64,000 nt of DNA, taken from Candidatus Hydrogenedentota bacterium (GTDB taxonomy: Bacteria > Hydrogenedentota > Hydrogenedentia > Hydrogenedentales > JAEUWI01). The position numbers were made by a program, and so were the translations under genes. Below, in pieces: positions 18,859 to 28,672 of the stretch. Where the stretch lies: NCBI GenBank assembly GCA_034669905.1, contig JAXMOL010000003.1, positions 128,001 through 192,000 of the forward strand, read 5' to 3'. The notes under the pieces were generated by a model. It did not search any database and was not told where the DNA came from. It saw only the letters and a list, made by a program, of their open reading frames with translations. Numbering within the stretch: the stretch's first letter is position 1; each line of letters starts with the position of its first letter.

Positions 18859-20888
18859 GGGACCTGTTGGCGAATCTTGAAGGAGAGATACTCGGCTGTG
18901 TTGTGAGCAGGCACGATAAATCCGAGATGCCCGTCGGAGAGCTCGGCGCCGGCGTCGAATTGGAAGGTCGGGGTGTCGTCGAAGGAAACATCGTTTCCGC
19001 TATTCGAAAGCACCATCTTAATCTTGAGCCATTTATCCCGGACGATCGTGACTTCTTTTTCTACGATGAGTCGCTCCGCGCCCTTGGCCACCTGGCTGAT
19101 GCGTAAGGTGTTGGTGGCGCCATGGAGGACCAGTTGCCAATAGTTCTCAGGGTCCACGAAACCGAAGACCAGTCCCGCGCGCTCATCCTGGGGGCCGGGA
19201 AAACGTACGTAGCTCTCATATTGAAACTTCTGGGTGCGATTGGGGCGGAAGACGCCAATGAGTGGCTGCGACTGGGCCGTTGCCCTCAGGTGCCGACTCT
19301 TGCCTTCGTTCGCGATTACTGCCATGCCGTTGGGGTTGCCGGTGGCGACTTCCCAGTATGCCGGTGCTTCGCCCGGCGTGTCCTCTGCAAAGTTGAAATG
19401 GTGGCGGGAGAGGAGGGTAATGTCGTGCGCGGGTTGCCAGGGGTTTTCGACCCGCTCCGGAGAGACCGTACCCTGTTTCACGATGCGAAAAAGATCCTGT
19501 GTGGCCCCATATTTGTCCACCATCGTTCCGGTGAGCGAATCGTCGGCAATATCGAGGATCACGGAGCCGTGTTCCACGCTGATGGAACGCATGACGGGGC
19601 TGGTGCCCATGCGGCCATTGGTGGTTCCACCGTGGCCTGCCACGATGGCAACCGAGCCTTCATTGGGTTGGAGTCCATGGCTCTTCCGATAGGCCCCGTC
19701 CCCCGAGGGGTTGCCGTCGCCATCGTCCAGGATAACGCCTTCGGCGACCGTGGGAGTGGCGTAGGCACCATCCATGAGCATGCTGCGTTCGTAAATGTGG
19801 GAGTGTCCGGTGAGGGTCAGGTCTACCCCGGCCGATTCGAGGATGGGCATGAAGGATTCCCGCATTTCGATTTCGCGGTGTTCCGCATCACTGTCGTGGG
19901 TGCCCTTACTGTACGGGGGGTGGTGCCAGAAGGCGATGAGCCATTGGGCTTGGGCCTGTTCCAGATCGGCACGGAGCCATTGGGCCATGGCGCCGTCGGG
20001 TTTGCGGTCGAGGTCGTGGGAGTCGAGGCATATAAAGTGCACGTTGGCAATGTCGAAGGAGAAGTAGGCTTCGGTGCCGGAAGGCGCGCCACCTGCTTCA
20101 CCGGCGGTGGGCACAACATAGGCATCAAAGTAGGGGCCATAGCCCGAAATGCCGCGGGAAGTGACTCCTTCATGGTTTCCGATGGCGGGCCAGCAGACCG
20201 TATTGCGAAGGGTCGACTGGTAGGGCTCAAAGAAGCGCTTCTGGAATTCCCAGTCTGTGCCGTCGTCGTAGGCCATATCCCCCACGTGGATGAAATGGTC
20301 TATGGGCCGTCCTGATGCCGCTGCGAAGGAACGCATGGCGTCAAAGACCATAATCTGCTCTTTACTGCCTTTACCCGAATCTCCGAGCACCCAGATCCGC
20401 ATGTCAGGATTACTTTTTACCGGGGGGTGGGTCTTGAAGAAGTGGTCCCTGTCGCCACCCGCGAGGCGCGTGTCCCCGTCGTAAACCGCGTAGTAGTACG
20501 TCGTGTCGGGCTGCAGTCCGCTGACGTGTGCTTCATATTGATAGGTGTTTGGGGCGGTGGAGGGATCATGGTCTTTCGGGTTGCGCTTGGCGGCCGACTC
20601 TGCCGGTTCTTTGTAGAGGTGCGGGATTTCGTCGGCGGCAGCGACATCTTCTGATACCCGCAGGGTAATCGCGTCGCCCGCCACGCTATGGGGTAGTTGA
20701 TCGGGCGCGCTACCGTATCGGAGTTGGGGGGCAGTCGCGCCCTCGGTGCGCCAGACGACCACCATCGACTGGGGGGTGCCCTGTTGCAGATAGGGGCCGC
20801 GATAGAGAGGGGCCGCATGGGTACAGGTCGTCATCAGGAGGGTCAGGAGGGCGAAGGAGGACACGAAGGCGGGTCTGAACAGGGTCAT
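18855..20888 (-). CDS. purple acid phosphatase-like metallophosphoesterase with C-terminal beta-sandwich domain
   Basis: GPYLQ/FN3-like N-domain, GDSG, GDMAY, GNHE, HHPPY, GHSHIYER; GGAG RBS before ATG 20888. Confidence 0.88.
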   Translation of the reverse strand: MTLFRPAFVSSFALLTLLMTTCTHAAPLYRGPYLQQGTPQSMVVVWRTEGATAPQLRYGSAPDQLPHSVAGDAITLRVSEDVAAADEIPHLYKEPAESAAKRNPKDHDPSTAPNTYQYEAHVSGLQPDTTYYYAVYDGDTRLAGGDRDHFFKTHPPVKSNPDMRIWVLGDSGKGSKEQIMVFDAMRSFAAASGRPIDHFIHVGDMAYDDGTDWEFQKRFFEPYQSTLRNTVCWPAIGNHEGVTSRGISGYGPYFDAYVVPTAGEAGGAPSGTEAYFSFDIANVHFICLDSHDLDRKPDGAMAQWLRADLEQAQAQWLIAFWHHPPYSKGTHDSDAEHREIEMRESFMPILESAGVDLTLTGHSHIYERSMLMDGAYATPTVAEGVILDDGDGNPSGDGAYRKSHGLQPNEGSVAIVAGHGGTTNGRMGTSPVMRSISVEHGSVILDIADDSLTGTMVDKYGATQDLFRIVKQGTVSPERVENPWQPAHDITLLSRHHFNFAEDTPGEAPAYWEVATGNPNGMAVIANEGKSRHLRATAQSQPLIGVFRPNRTQKFQYESYVRFPGPQDERAGLVFGFVDPENYWQLVLHGATNTLRISQVAKGAERLIVEKEVTIVRDKWLKIKMVLSNSGNDVSFDDTPTFQFDAGAELSDGHLGFIVPAHNTAEYLSFKIRQQVP

Positions 20889-21315
20889 GACAAACGCTCC
20901 AGGTAGGCAAGGCAGATCACGCCCCATTGGCGAAACCACGTTCAGGATAGCGCGGGTGCATAGATTTCGTCAAGGCCGTGTTTCGTGGCTTGTTGCCGTG
21001 TGCTCCTGTTTCAAGGCGGGCCAGAAGTTGCGGGCAAGGTGAAGGAGATAAGCATTGTAGCTAGAAAAAAAGTGATCTATACTAGGCTTAATGGAGCGGC
21101 GGGATCGGGTAGCGGGTTTAATCAGAGAGGCCTGAATATGGCTGGTGTATGGCAACGCGGGGCAGTGGGCAGGGTACGTGTGTATCGGGCACGCGTGGGG
21201 CGTGCCCTTGCGGTGAAGGTGGCGGGGGGCTTGACCGACGCTCCAACGGCACCGGCAGCGATGGGAGAACGCTTTTTCTCGCGCAGGACGATGTCGATGT
21301 GGAAGGCGGGGAGAC

Positions 21316-24300
21316 ATGGATAATCCATGGAATGTACTCGTGGTTGAAGATTCAGCCCAAGACTACGAGCGCGTAGTTCACATCTTGCGGGAGGCGGGGC
21401 GCCTTGGTGCGCACCGGCAGGTCGATGACATGAACGGCCTGATGGACGCCCTTAGCACCCATTCCTGGGATGCGGTGCTCTATAAATACAAGATGGGGGG
21501 GATGGAACTAGAGTCGTGTGTCGCCCTCCTGGAAGAGTTTCAGCTTGGGGTTCCACTCATCGTTGTATCCGGGGGGCTAGATGCGGAAGAGGCCATGCCG
21601 TTGTTGCGGCTGGGTGTGTCGGATTTCGTGTCCCACGATGCGTATGCCCGATTGCTCCCCTGTATCGAGCGGTGCGTCGCTGAGGCGTCGGAGCGAACGG
21701 GGCGTCAGCAGGCGGAATCCGAGCTTTCGGAAAGTCGTCGATTTGCCCGACTGACCTTGGATGCCCTTTCAACCCATATCGCGGTGTTGGATAGTGACGG
21801 ATGGATACTCGCCGTGAATAAGGCCTGGCGGGACTTTGCGACCGAAAACGGTATTGCGTCTGAGGCGGTGAGCGAGGGGGTAAATTATCTTGCGGTGTGT
21901 GATCGCGCTAATTCCTCGGTGGGCACCCTGATTCGTGAAGTCGTCAGCGGTGAAAGTCGGGAGGCGGGCTACGAGTATCCCTGTCACAGCCCATCGGAGG
22001 AGCGGTGGTTCCACTGCAAGATTACCCGGTTTTCCGATGAGGGCCCCGTGCGCATTGTGGTTGACCACAAGAACACGACCGCCCTGAAACGGGCCGATAT
22101 GGAAATGCGTCGACGGGAGTCCCAGCTGTTGGCCCAGCGAAATGCCCTGATTTCCCTGAGTGGCCATTCGCCCGGCAGGGAGCGGGATATCACACAGGTC
22201 CTCCACGCGATTACGGAAATCGGAGCCCGAACCTCCGAGGTGGCACGCCTGAGTATCTGGAAACTGTCCGACGCCCGAACGACGATTTCCTGCCTGGACC
22301 TCTATGATGCCCAGTCGAATACCCATATCGACGGCATGGAGTTGGCCGCCCAGGATTATCCCCGATATTTTTCGGCCATGCTTGAGGGGCAGTTAGTCGC
22401 CGTCAGCGATGCCATGCAGGATCCGATGACGCGCGAGTTTGCGGCGGAATATTTTCCGAGTTTTGGTATTGCCTCCATATTGGTTGTCCCCATCCATCTG
22501 GGCGGAATTACCTGTGGCGTGTTGTGCAATGAACATGTGGGCTCGGTGCGGTATTGGAATTCCGACGAGAAAACCTTTGCCTTGGCCATCGCCAATCAGG
22601 TGTCGATCGTGCTGGAGCAGTGGGAACGACGACAGGCGGAAGAGGATCTTCGCCTGCATAACGCCGCCCTGAATGCCACCAGTAACGGCGTTTTGATTGC
22701 CCGGGCAGATGGCGCCATCACATGGGCCAACCCTGCATTCCTGCAGATGTCGGGCTATGAGCGTGATGAGGTGCTGGGGAAACGGCCCTTTGGCTTTGTC
22801 GATTCGAAAAGCTATCGTCCTGATTTCTTCGAACAGATCTGGTTGACGGTGCAATCCGGAGGGACCTGGTCTGGCCATGTGACCTGTCGTAGGAAAGATG
22901 GCACCACCTATACGGAATCGCAAACTATTTCACCGATCCGAGATAAGGCGGATCATGTTACCCATGTCGTCGTGATCAAGGAGGATGTGACCGAGCGTAT
23001 CGGGGCGGAAAAGAAACTCTGGAAGGCTCGGGAGCGACTCGATCGGGCTATTGACGCGGGCAACATTGTTCTTTGGGAGTGGGATCTGGCGACCGATGTG
23101 GTGGAGCACTCGGAGCAGTGGGCGCGGGGCTCCGACTACACCGGCGGCGTCGCGTTTCAATCCATGGATAGTTGGTTGGCCCAGGTTCATCGGGATGATG
23201 TCGGACCGTTGCGGCAGATGTTGGAAGATTGCAGCTACGCGCCGGGGAAGACCTTTCAGAAGGAGTTTCGATCGGCCAATGCAGACGGTTCCTATAGCTG
23301 GCACTTGCTGGGGGCCCTGGCGGAGACGGAAGAAACCGGGAAGATCGCGCGATTCATTGGAACCGTGATGGATATTACGGACCGTAAACGCCTGGAAGTA
23401 GAGTACCGGCAGGCCCAGAAAATGGAATGTGTTGGACGTCTTGCGGGGGGCGTGGCGCACGATTTCAACAACTTGCTTGGGGTTATTGGCGGGTATTCCG
23501 AGTTTGCACTGGAGGAGCTGGAAGAGGCGGACCCACTGCGGGAGAATCTTGTACAGATCAAACGTGCTGCCGAGCGGGCCGCCGATCTTACCCGCCAACT
23601 ACTGGCCTTCAGTCGGCGTCAGATATTGCAGCCGGAAGTGGTCGACCTGGCTGAGGTGGTCACCGGCACGGAAAAGATGTTGCGCCGGGTTATTGGGGAG
23701 GACATCCGCCTCGAACTGGACTTCAGCGAGGACCTGGGGCAGATCATGGCGGACCCGGGGCAGCTGGAGCAGATTCTGATGAATCTCATCGTAAATGCCC
23801 GAGATGCTATGCCCCGGGGCGGGAGGCTCTGGATAGAGACCCGTAATGTAGAATTAGACGAAGCCGCCGCGGCGCAGCGTAGCGGTGCCTATGCGGGGTC
23901 GTATGTGAGCCTCAGGGTTCGGGATACGGGTTCCGGAATGGATCAGCGTACTGCCGATCAGATCTTTGAACCCTTCTTTACCACGAAGGAAAAGGGGAAG
24001 GGTACGGGATTGGGCCTCGCCACGGTCTATGGCATTGTGAAGCAGAGTGGTGGCTCAATCTGGGTGGAAAGCGAGATGGGCCAGGGAACGGCCTTCGAAG
24101 TGCTTTTCCCCCGGATTGATGGGACGGTCACGACCCACCGCGGTGCTGAGGTGCCGTCGGAATTGGCCCGGGGAGATGAGACCATCCTGCTGATTGAAGA
24201 TGAGGATGCGCTCCGGGCAGTCACCCGAACCCTGCTCAGCCGGATGGGCTATACGGTGGTGGCGGCAGAGAATGGGGACAAGGCGCTCGCGTTGTATGCG

Positions 24301-24561
24301 CAAGACAATCTCAACGTGGACGTCGTGCTCTCGGACGTCGTGATGCCCGGAAAGAGCGGACCGGAGACCGTCGAACGGTTGCGTGAAATGAAGCCCGAGC
24401 TCAAGGTGCTCTTCATGTCGGGGTATGCGGCCGATACCATTGCGCTCCATGGAGCCATGCGTGATGACGACGGGTTCATCAATAAGCCCTTTTCCTTTGC
24501 GCAACTGACCCAGCGACTTCGAAAGTTGTTGGATTCGGAATCGAGCACCTGCCAACCCTAG
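21316..24561 (+). CDS. cytoplasmic hybrid histidine kinase (pseudo-REC, PAS, GAF, PAS, PAS, HK, REC)
   Basis: AHDFNNLL H-box, NARDAM, DTGSGM, FEPFFTTK, GTGLGL, terminal receiver with SDVVMP. Confidence 0.9.
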   Translation: MDNPWNVLVVEDSAQDYERVVHILREAGRLGAHRQVDDMNGLMDALSTHSWDAVLYKYKMGGMELESCVALLEEFQLGVPLIVVSGGLDAEEAMPLLRLGVSDFVSHDAYARLLPCIERCVAEASERTGRQQAESELSESRRFARLTLDALSTHIAVLDSDGWILAVNKAWRDFATENGIASEAVSEGVNYLAVCDRANSSVGTLIREVVSGESREAGYEYPCHSPSEERWFHCKITRFSDEGPVRIVVDHKNTTALKRADMEMRRRESQLLAQRNALISLSGHSPGRERDITQVLHAITEIGARTSEVARLSIWKLSDARTTISCLDLYDAQSNTHIDGMELAAQDYPRYFSAMLEGQLVAVSDAMQDPMTREFAAEYFPSFGIASILVVPIHLGGITCGVLCNEHVGSVRYWNSDEKTFALAIANQVSIVLEQWERRQAEEDLRLHNAALNATSNGVLIARADGAITWANPAFLQMSGYERDEVLGKRPFGFVDSKSYRPDFFEQIWLTVQSGGTWSGHVTCRRKDGTTYTESQTISPIRDKADHVTHVVVIKEDVTERIGAEKKLWKARERLDRAIDAGNIVLWEWDLATDVVEHSEQWARGSDYTGGVAFQSMDSWLAQVHRDDVGPLRQMLEDCSYAPGKTFQKEFRSANADGSYSWHLLGALAETEETGKIARFIGTVMDITDRKRLEVEYRQAQKMECVGRLAGGVAHDFNNLLGVIGGYSEFALEELEEADPLRENLVQIKRAAERAADLTRQLLAFSRRQILQPEVVDLAEVVTGTEKMLRRVIGEDIRLELDFSEDLGQIMADPGQLEQILMNLIVNARDAMPRGGRLWIETRNVELDEAAAAQRSGAYAGSYVSLRVRDTGSGMDQRTADQIFEPFFTTKEKGKGTGLGLATVYGIVKQSGGSIWVESEMGQGTAFEVLFPRIDGTVTTHRGAEVPSELARGDETILLIEDEDALRAVTRTLLSRMGYTVVAAENGDKALALYAQDNLNVDVVLSDVVMPGKSGPETVERLREMKPELKVLFMSGYAADTIALHGAMRDDDGFINKPFSFAQLTQRLRKLLDSESSTCQP

Positions 24562-24975
24562 CATTTTGAGGGCACCGCTTCGGAAAAGGGGAGAGGCCGT
24601 GTTTTTGGGGGCCGTGGGGGCGTGCGGAGCGTTTTCCAGTCGCTACGTGCCGCGTTTTCAGAGTGACACCCGACCACCAGTCCGGGACGTTTCGCGAAAA
24701 AACCGCATATGTCCTATCTCTTCGGGGGAAATCGGAGCGGTAATCTATAGATTTACGGCTTTTTCCCATGTACAATTCGGGGTGGTTGTGGTATCTTGTG
24801 TCAAGGTGTAGTGGGTGGCCTTCGAGTAGAATACCGTCTGTGGACCGCCCCAACCAGCGCCATGGAATTTCCACACGTGACGCCGGTGCTAAACTTTTTG
24901 CGCCGCGAAATGGACGGCGGTTCCGCCAGTCAGATTCTCGCGTGGATACCTAACTCCCGGGGGTAAATTGCCGGA

Positions 24976-27900
24976 GTGAAGCAATTTGGTGACTCCGACT
25001 CGTGCCATCCGTTTCGGGAGGAGCAAGATCCCGGGCGCGGCGGACTAATGGGCAGGAGAATACGGACGTTGAAGAACGATTTCAGCGAAACACCGAATAG
25101 ACTCGTCATGGGGGTGGCATTTAGTGTCGCTCTTCTGGCGGTTGGGGTGATGGGTGCCTGGTTCCTGGGCTGGGTCTGGATGGTTCAGCCCGTGGCGGGT
25201 GCGGGCTTGATGATGTTCAATACGGCCCTCTCCATCGCGCTCCTCAGTCTGGCGATCTTGGCCCTCGCGGTGGGAAGAAAATATCTGGCGGCTTCGCTGG
25301 CCACCCTTCCCGCGTTGATCTGTCTTGCCACCCTGTTTGAGACCGCCTTTTCCCTGGGGCTCGGGTTGGATGAGTTCTTTGTGGATGCCTATGTGACCCA
25401 TCCCACTATCCCCCCGGGCCGGACCGCGCCCAATACCGCGCTCGCCCTGATTTTTGGGGCCTTATCGGTCATGCTGCTTTCCCTGTCGCCAACCCGTATG
25501 CGGTGTTCATCGGCGGCCCAGGTATGCAGTGTGGCGGCGGCGGCACTGGCGACGGCAGCGCTTATTGGGCATGGGCTATCGCTCGCGCCGCTTTCGGGTT
25601 GGTATGGTATTACCCATATGGCGCCCCATTCTGCGGGTGCGATTGCCCTCCTTTCGCTGATGTTGCTCTACCTTGGTCGAGCGCGATTGGTGGCCCAGGG
25701 GTGCGATCTTCGCGGTCATGCGGCGGGTATGGCGATGTCGGTTGGTCTGGTATTTACCCTTGCTGTGTGGCAGACCGTACACGCCGAACGTATCCAGAAG
25801 TGGGAAATGATTGTTCAGGCGGAGACGGAAGGAATCCGTGATCGCGCTGAGATCCGATGGCGTATACGACTGGAGCGGGTGGCCCAGTTAGTGCCACAGT
25901 TGCAGCATACCGGGAGTGACTTCGGGTGGAAAAATGGGATCTTGCTGCGGGAGAACATGACCGATGTTCCCGGGCTCATTGGGCTCGTGCGATGCACCAA
26001 CGATTTTGAGATCAAGCAGGTGCTGTTGGAAGCCGACGATTTTCCGCGGGACCAGGTGGCTTCTGTGCTCTCCCAACCCGCCTTGCAAGGTGTTGCGGAG
26101 GACGTGGAACGGCATGGCGAAAGCCGGTTCTCGCCGGTCTTGTCCGGGGTGGACGGGCAACATCGGGTGCTCGCATCGGTTACGCCGGTAGCCACCCAGG
26201 GCATGACCGACGGATTTCTGGTCGCGGTTTACGATGTCATGGAAACCCTGAACGATTTTGTCACGCCCCTGGAACGAAGGCGCTTCAATGTCCGGGTACT
26301 TGAAAACGGTTCGGCAATCTTTGCGACATCCGACGCGCCGGATGGGGTGGTAGCCAGTCTCCGTCATGTCGTGCCACTCCAATCATGGGGGCTGAACTGG
26401 CGCATTGAAGCGACTCCCATGTCGGTGTATTTCGAACAAACGCTTTCCGGCCTGGCCGAGGTTATCTTGTTTCTGGGTGGCCTGATGACCCTGGCCCTCG
26501 GGTGGAGCCTTCACGAGCGGGGACGGGGGTTTCGCCTTGCCGAGGAAAAGGGGCGTGCCTCCGAGGCCTTGTCCCGGGAGATTGATAATCGCCGCGAGGT
26601 GGAAACAGTTTTACGGGAGCGGGAAGCGCATATTCGCACCCTGCTGCAATCAACTGCCGAGGCCATCTATGGCGTGGACATCGACGGGAGCTGCACCTTT
26701 TGTAACGTCGCGTGTATCCATATGCTGGGCTACGAGGACGAGTCCGCCCTGCTTGGGCAGAACATGCACCAGAAAATACACCATCATCAGGCAGACGGCT
26801 CGTTGCTTTCAAAGGACGACTGCCGGATCTATCAGGCCTTTCGCCGTGGCGCCGGTACCCATGTGGATTCAGAAGTTTTCTGGCGCGCCGATGGGACGAG
26901 TTTTCCCGTGGAGTATTGGTCTCATCCGATCTATCAGGAAAACGAGATCGTCGGTGCGGTGGTCGCGTTCATGGATATCTCCGTACGAAAGGCGGCCGAA
27001 GAGGCGCTACGGCTCAGCGAGGAGCGCCTGGATCTCGCGGCCCGCGGTGCCAGTGACGGGCTGTGGGATTGGGACATCGAATCGAATTCGGTGTGGTATT
27101 CCGACCGTTATCGCGAATTACTCGGCTTTCATTCGGCCAAAGATTTCCCCGATACATTTCGCAGCACCGAGCGGCTGTTGCACCCCGAAGATTTGCCGGT
27201 GCTTCGGAATGCCATCGACCGACATATCAAGCACTACGAACCCTACGACGTGGAATGCCGTCTTCAGATGCCCGATGGGAACTATCGTTGGTTCCGGAGT
27301 CGTGCCCAGTGTATCCGCACGGCCGATGGCAAGGCGATTCGTATGGCGGGTTCACTTCAGGATGTGACGGCCCGTCGGGAAATGGTGCGCGAACTGAATA
27401 GTCTGAATGACCGCTTGCTGGAACGTACGAAGGAACTGGAGCGACGCAGCCAGGAAGTGGAGGCCTTTGTTTACATCGTGTCCCATGATTTGCGGGCACC
27501 CCTGGTGAATATTCAGGGGTTTTGCATGGAATTGGAGTATTCGTGCCGCGACATGGATGCGCTCCTGGCGGAGGCGGACATCGATGCGAAGGTGGCCGAT
27601 ACCATTCGGCGGATCGTGGACAAAGATATGCGGGGTGCCCTGCACTATATTACGGCGGGCACCAGCCGCTACGAGCGCCTTATTGACGCGTTACTGGCAC
27701 TATCCCGAACGGGAAGACAGACCTACGAGCCAGTGGTCCTCGACATGAAGGCCATGATCGAAGGTGCGGTAGAATCCCTGGAAAAGAACATTGAGCAGTC
27801 GGGTGCGACCGTAACGGTGGAATCAATGCCCGACGCCTATGGGGACCGGACGGCCATTGAGCAGGTATTCTCTAATTTGATCGTCAATGCCTTAAACTAT

Positions 27901-28239
27901 CTGAGACCGGAAGTGCCCGGGAGGATTGTCGTCGGTGGAGACGTCGACTCCTCCGCGGGACGAACGGTGTATTGGGTCAAGGACAATGGAAGTGGTATAC
28001 CGGAAGCATCGTTGGAGCGGGTTTTTGAAGTGTTCCAACGTGCCCATGCCGACCGGAGTGATGGCGAAGGGATGGGACTTGCCATTGTGAAGCGCGTGGT
28101 AGAGCGCCACGGTGGTGAGGTCTGGCTGGAAAGTAAAGAGCATGTGGGCACGACGTTTTACGTGTCGCTCCCACAAGAATCGGAAGTTATCGAGGTGCTC
28201 GATATGATAGAGGATAGCTACATTGACAACCGGACATGA
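24976..28239 (+). CDS. membrane sensor histidine kinase (multi-TM, CHASE-like, 2 PAS)
   Basis: hydrophobic N-region, PAS domains, SHDLRAPL H-box, DNGSGI, GMGLAIV; start uncertain (24976/25048/25108). Confidence 0.85.
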   Translation: MKQFGDSDSCHPFREEQDPGRGGLMGRRIRTLKNDFSETPNRLVMGVAFSVALLAVGVMGAWFLGWVWMVQPVAGAGLMMFNTALSIALLSLAILALAVGRKYLAASLATLPALICLATLFETAFSLGLGLDEFFVDAYVTHPTIPPGRTAPNTALALIFGALSVMLLSLSPTRMRCSSAAQVCSVAAAALATAALIGHGLSLAPLSGWYGITHMAPHSAGAIALLSLMLLYLGRARLVAQGCDLRGHAAGMAMSVGLVFTLAVWQTVHAERIQKWEMIVQAETEGIRDRAEIRWRIRLERVAQLVPQLQHTGSDFGWKNGILLRENMTDVPGLIGLVRCTNDFEIKQVLLEADDFPRDQVASVLSQPALQGVAEDVERHGESRFSPVLSGVDGQHRVLASVTPVATQGMTDGFLVAVYDVMETLNDFVTPLERRRFNVRVLENGSAIFATSDAPDGVVASLRHVVPLQSWGLNWRIEATPMSVYFEQTLSGLAEVILFLGGLMTLALGWSLHERGRGFRLAEEKGRASEALSREIDNRREVETVLREREAHIRTLLQSTAEAIYGVDIDGSCTFCNVACIHMLGYEDESALLGQNMHQKIHHHQADGSLLSKDDCRIYQAFRRGAGTHVDSEVFWRADGTSFPVEYWSHPIYQENEIVGAVVAFMDISVRKAAEEALRLSEERLDLAARGASDGLWDWDIESNSVWYSDRYRELLGFHSAKDFPDTFRSTERLLHPEDLPVLRNAIDRHIKHYEPYDVECRLQMPDGNYRWFRSRAQCIRTADGKAIRMAGSLQDVTARREMVRELNSLNDRLLERTKELERRSQEVEAFVYIVSHDLRAPLVNIQGFCMELEYSCRDMDALLAEADIDAKVADTIRRIVDKDMRGALHYITAGTSRYERLIDALLALSRTGRQTYEPVVLDMKAMIEGAVESLEKNIEQSGATVTVESMPDAYGDRTAIEQVFSNLIVNALNYLRPEVPGRIVVGGDVDSSAGRTVYWVKDNGSGIPEASLERVFEVFQRAHADRSDGEGMGLAIVKRVVERHGGEVWLESKEHVGTTFYVSLPQESEVIEVLDMIEDSYIDNRT

Positions 28240-28672
28240 AGTGCGAATACTCGCCGTGGATGATGACCAGGGTCACATTGAATTGATTCGCCGGAACCTT
28301 GCCCGTGCGGGATTTATGAACGAAATTATCCCGGTGCACAGTGGTGAGGAGGCGATGGACTTCATCTATATGCGGGGCAAGTTTTCCGATCGCAAAGCCA
28401 AGGGCCGCTTGTTGATATTATTAGACATCAACATGCCGGGTATGGATGGGCTGGAGGTGCTGCGCACGCTGAAATCAGATCCCGCCAAATCGCGCATACC
28501 CGTGATAATTCTGACAACCACAGAAGATCCGCGGGAGGTGCAGCGCTGCTACGAATTGGGTTGTAGTGTGTACATCACCAAACCGGTATCGTCGGATCGC
28601 TTCATGGATGCCATCAAACGATTGGGCCTCTTCATTTCTGTGGTGGAACTTCCGAAAGAGAGTGAAGATTGA
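28223..28672 (+). CDS. single-domain response regulator (Rcp-like)
   Basis: ILAVDDD, LILLDINMP, IPVIILTT, CYELGCSVYITKP. Confidence 0.9.
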   Translation: MTTGHEVRILAVDDDQGHIELIRRNLARAGFMNEIIPVHSGEEAMDFIYMRGKFSDRKAKGRLLILLDINMPGMDGLEVLRTLKSDPAKSRIPVIILTTTEDPREVQRCYELGCSVYITKPVSSDRFMDAIKRLGLFISVVELPKESED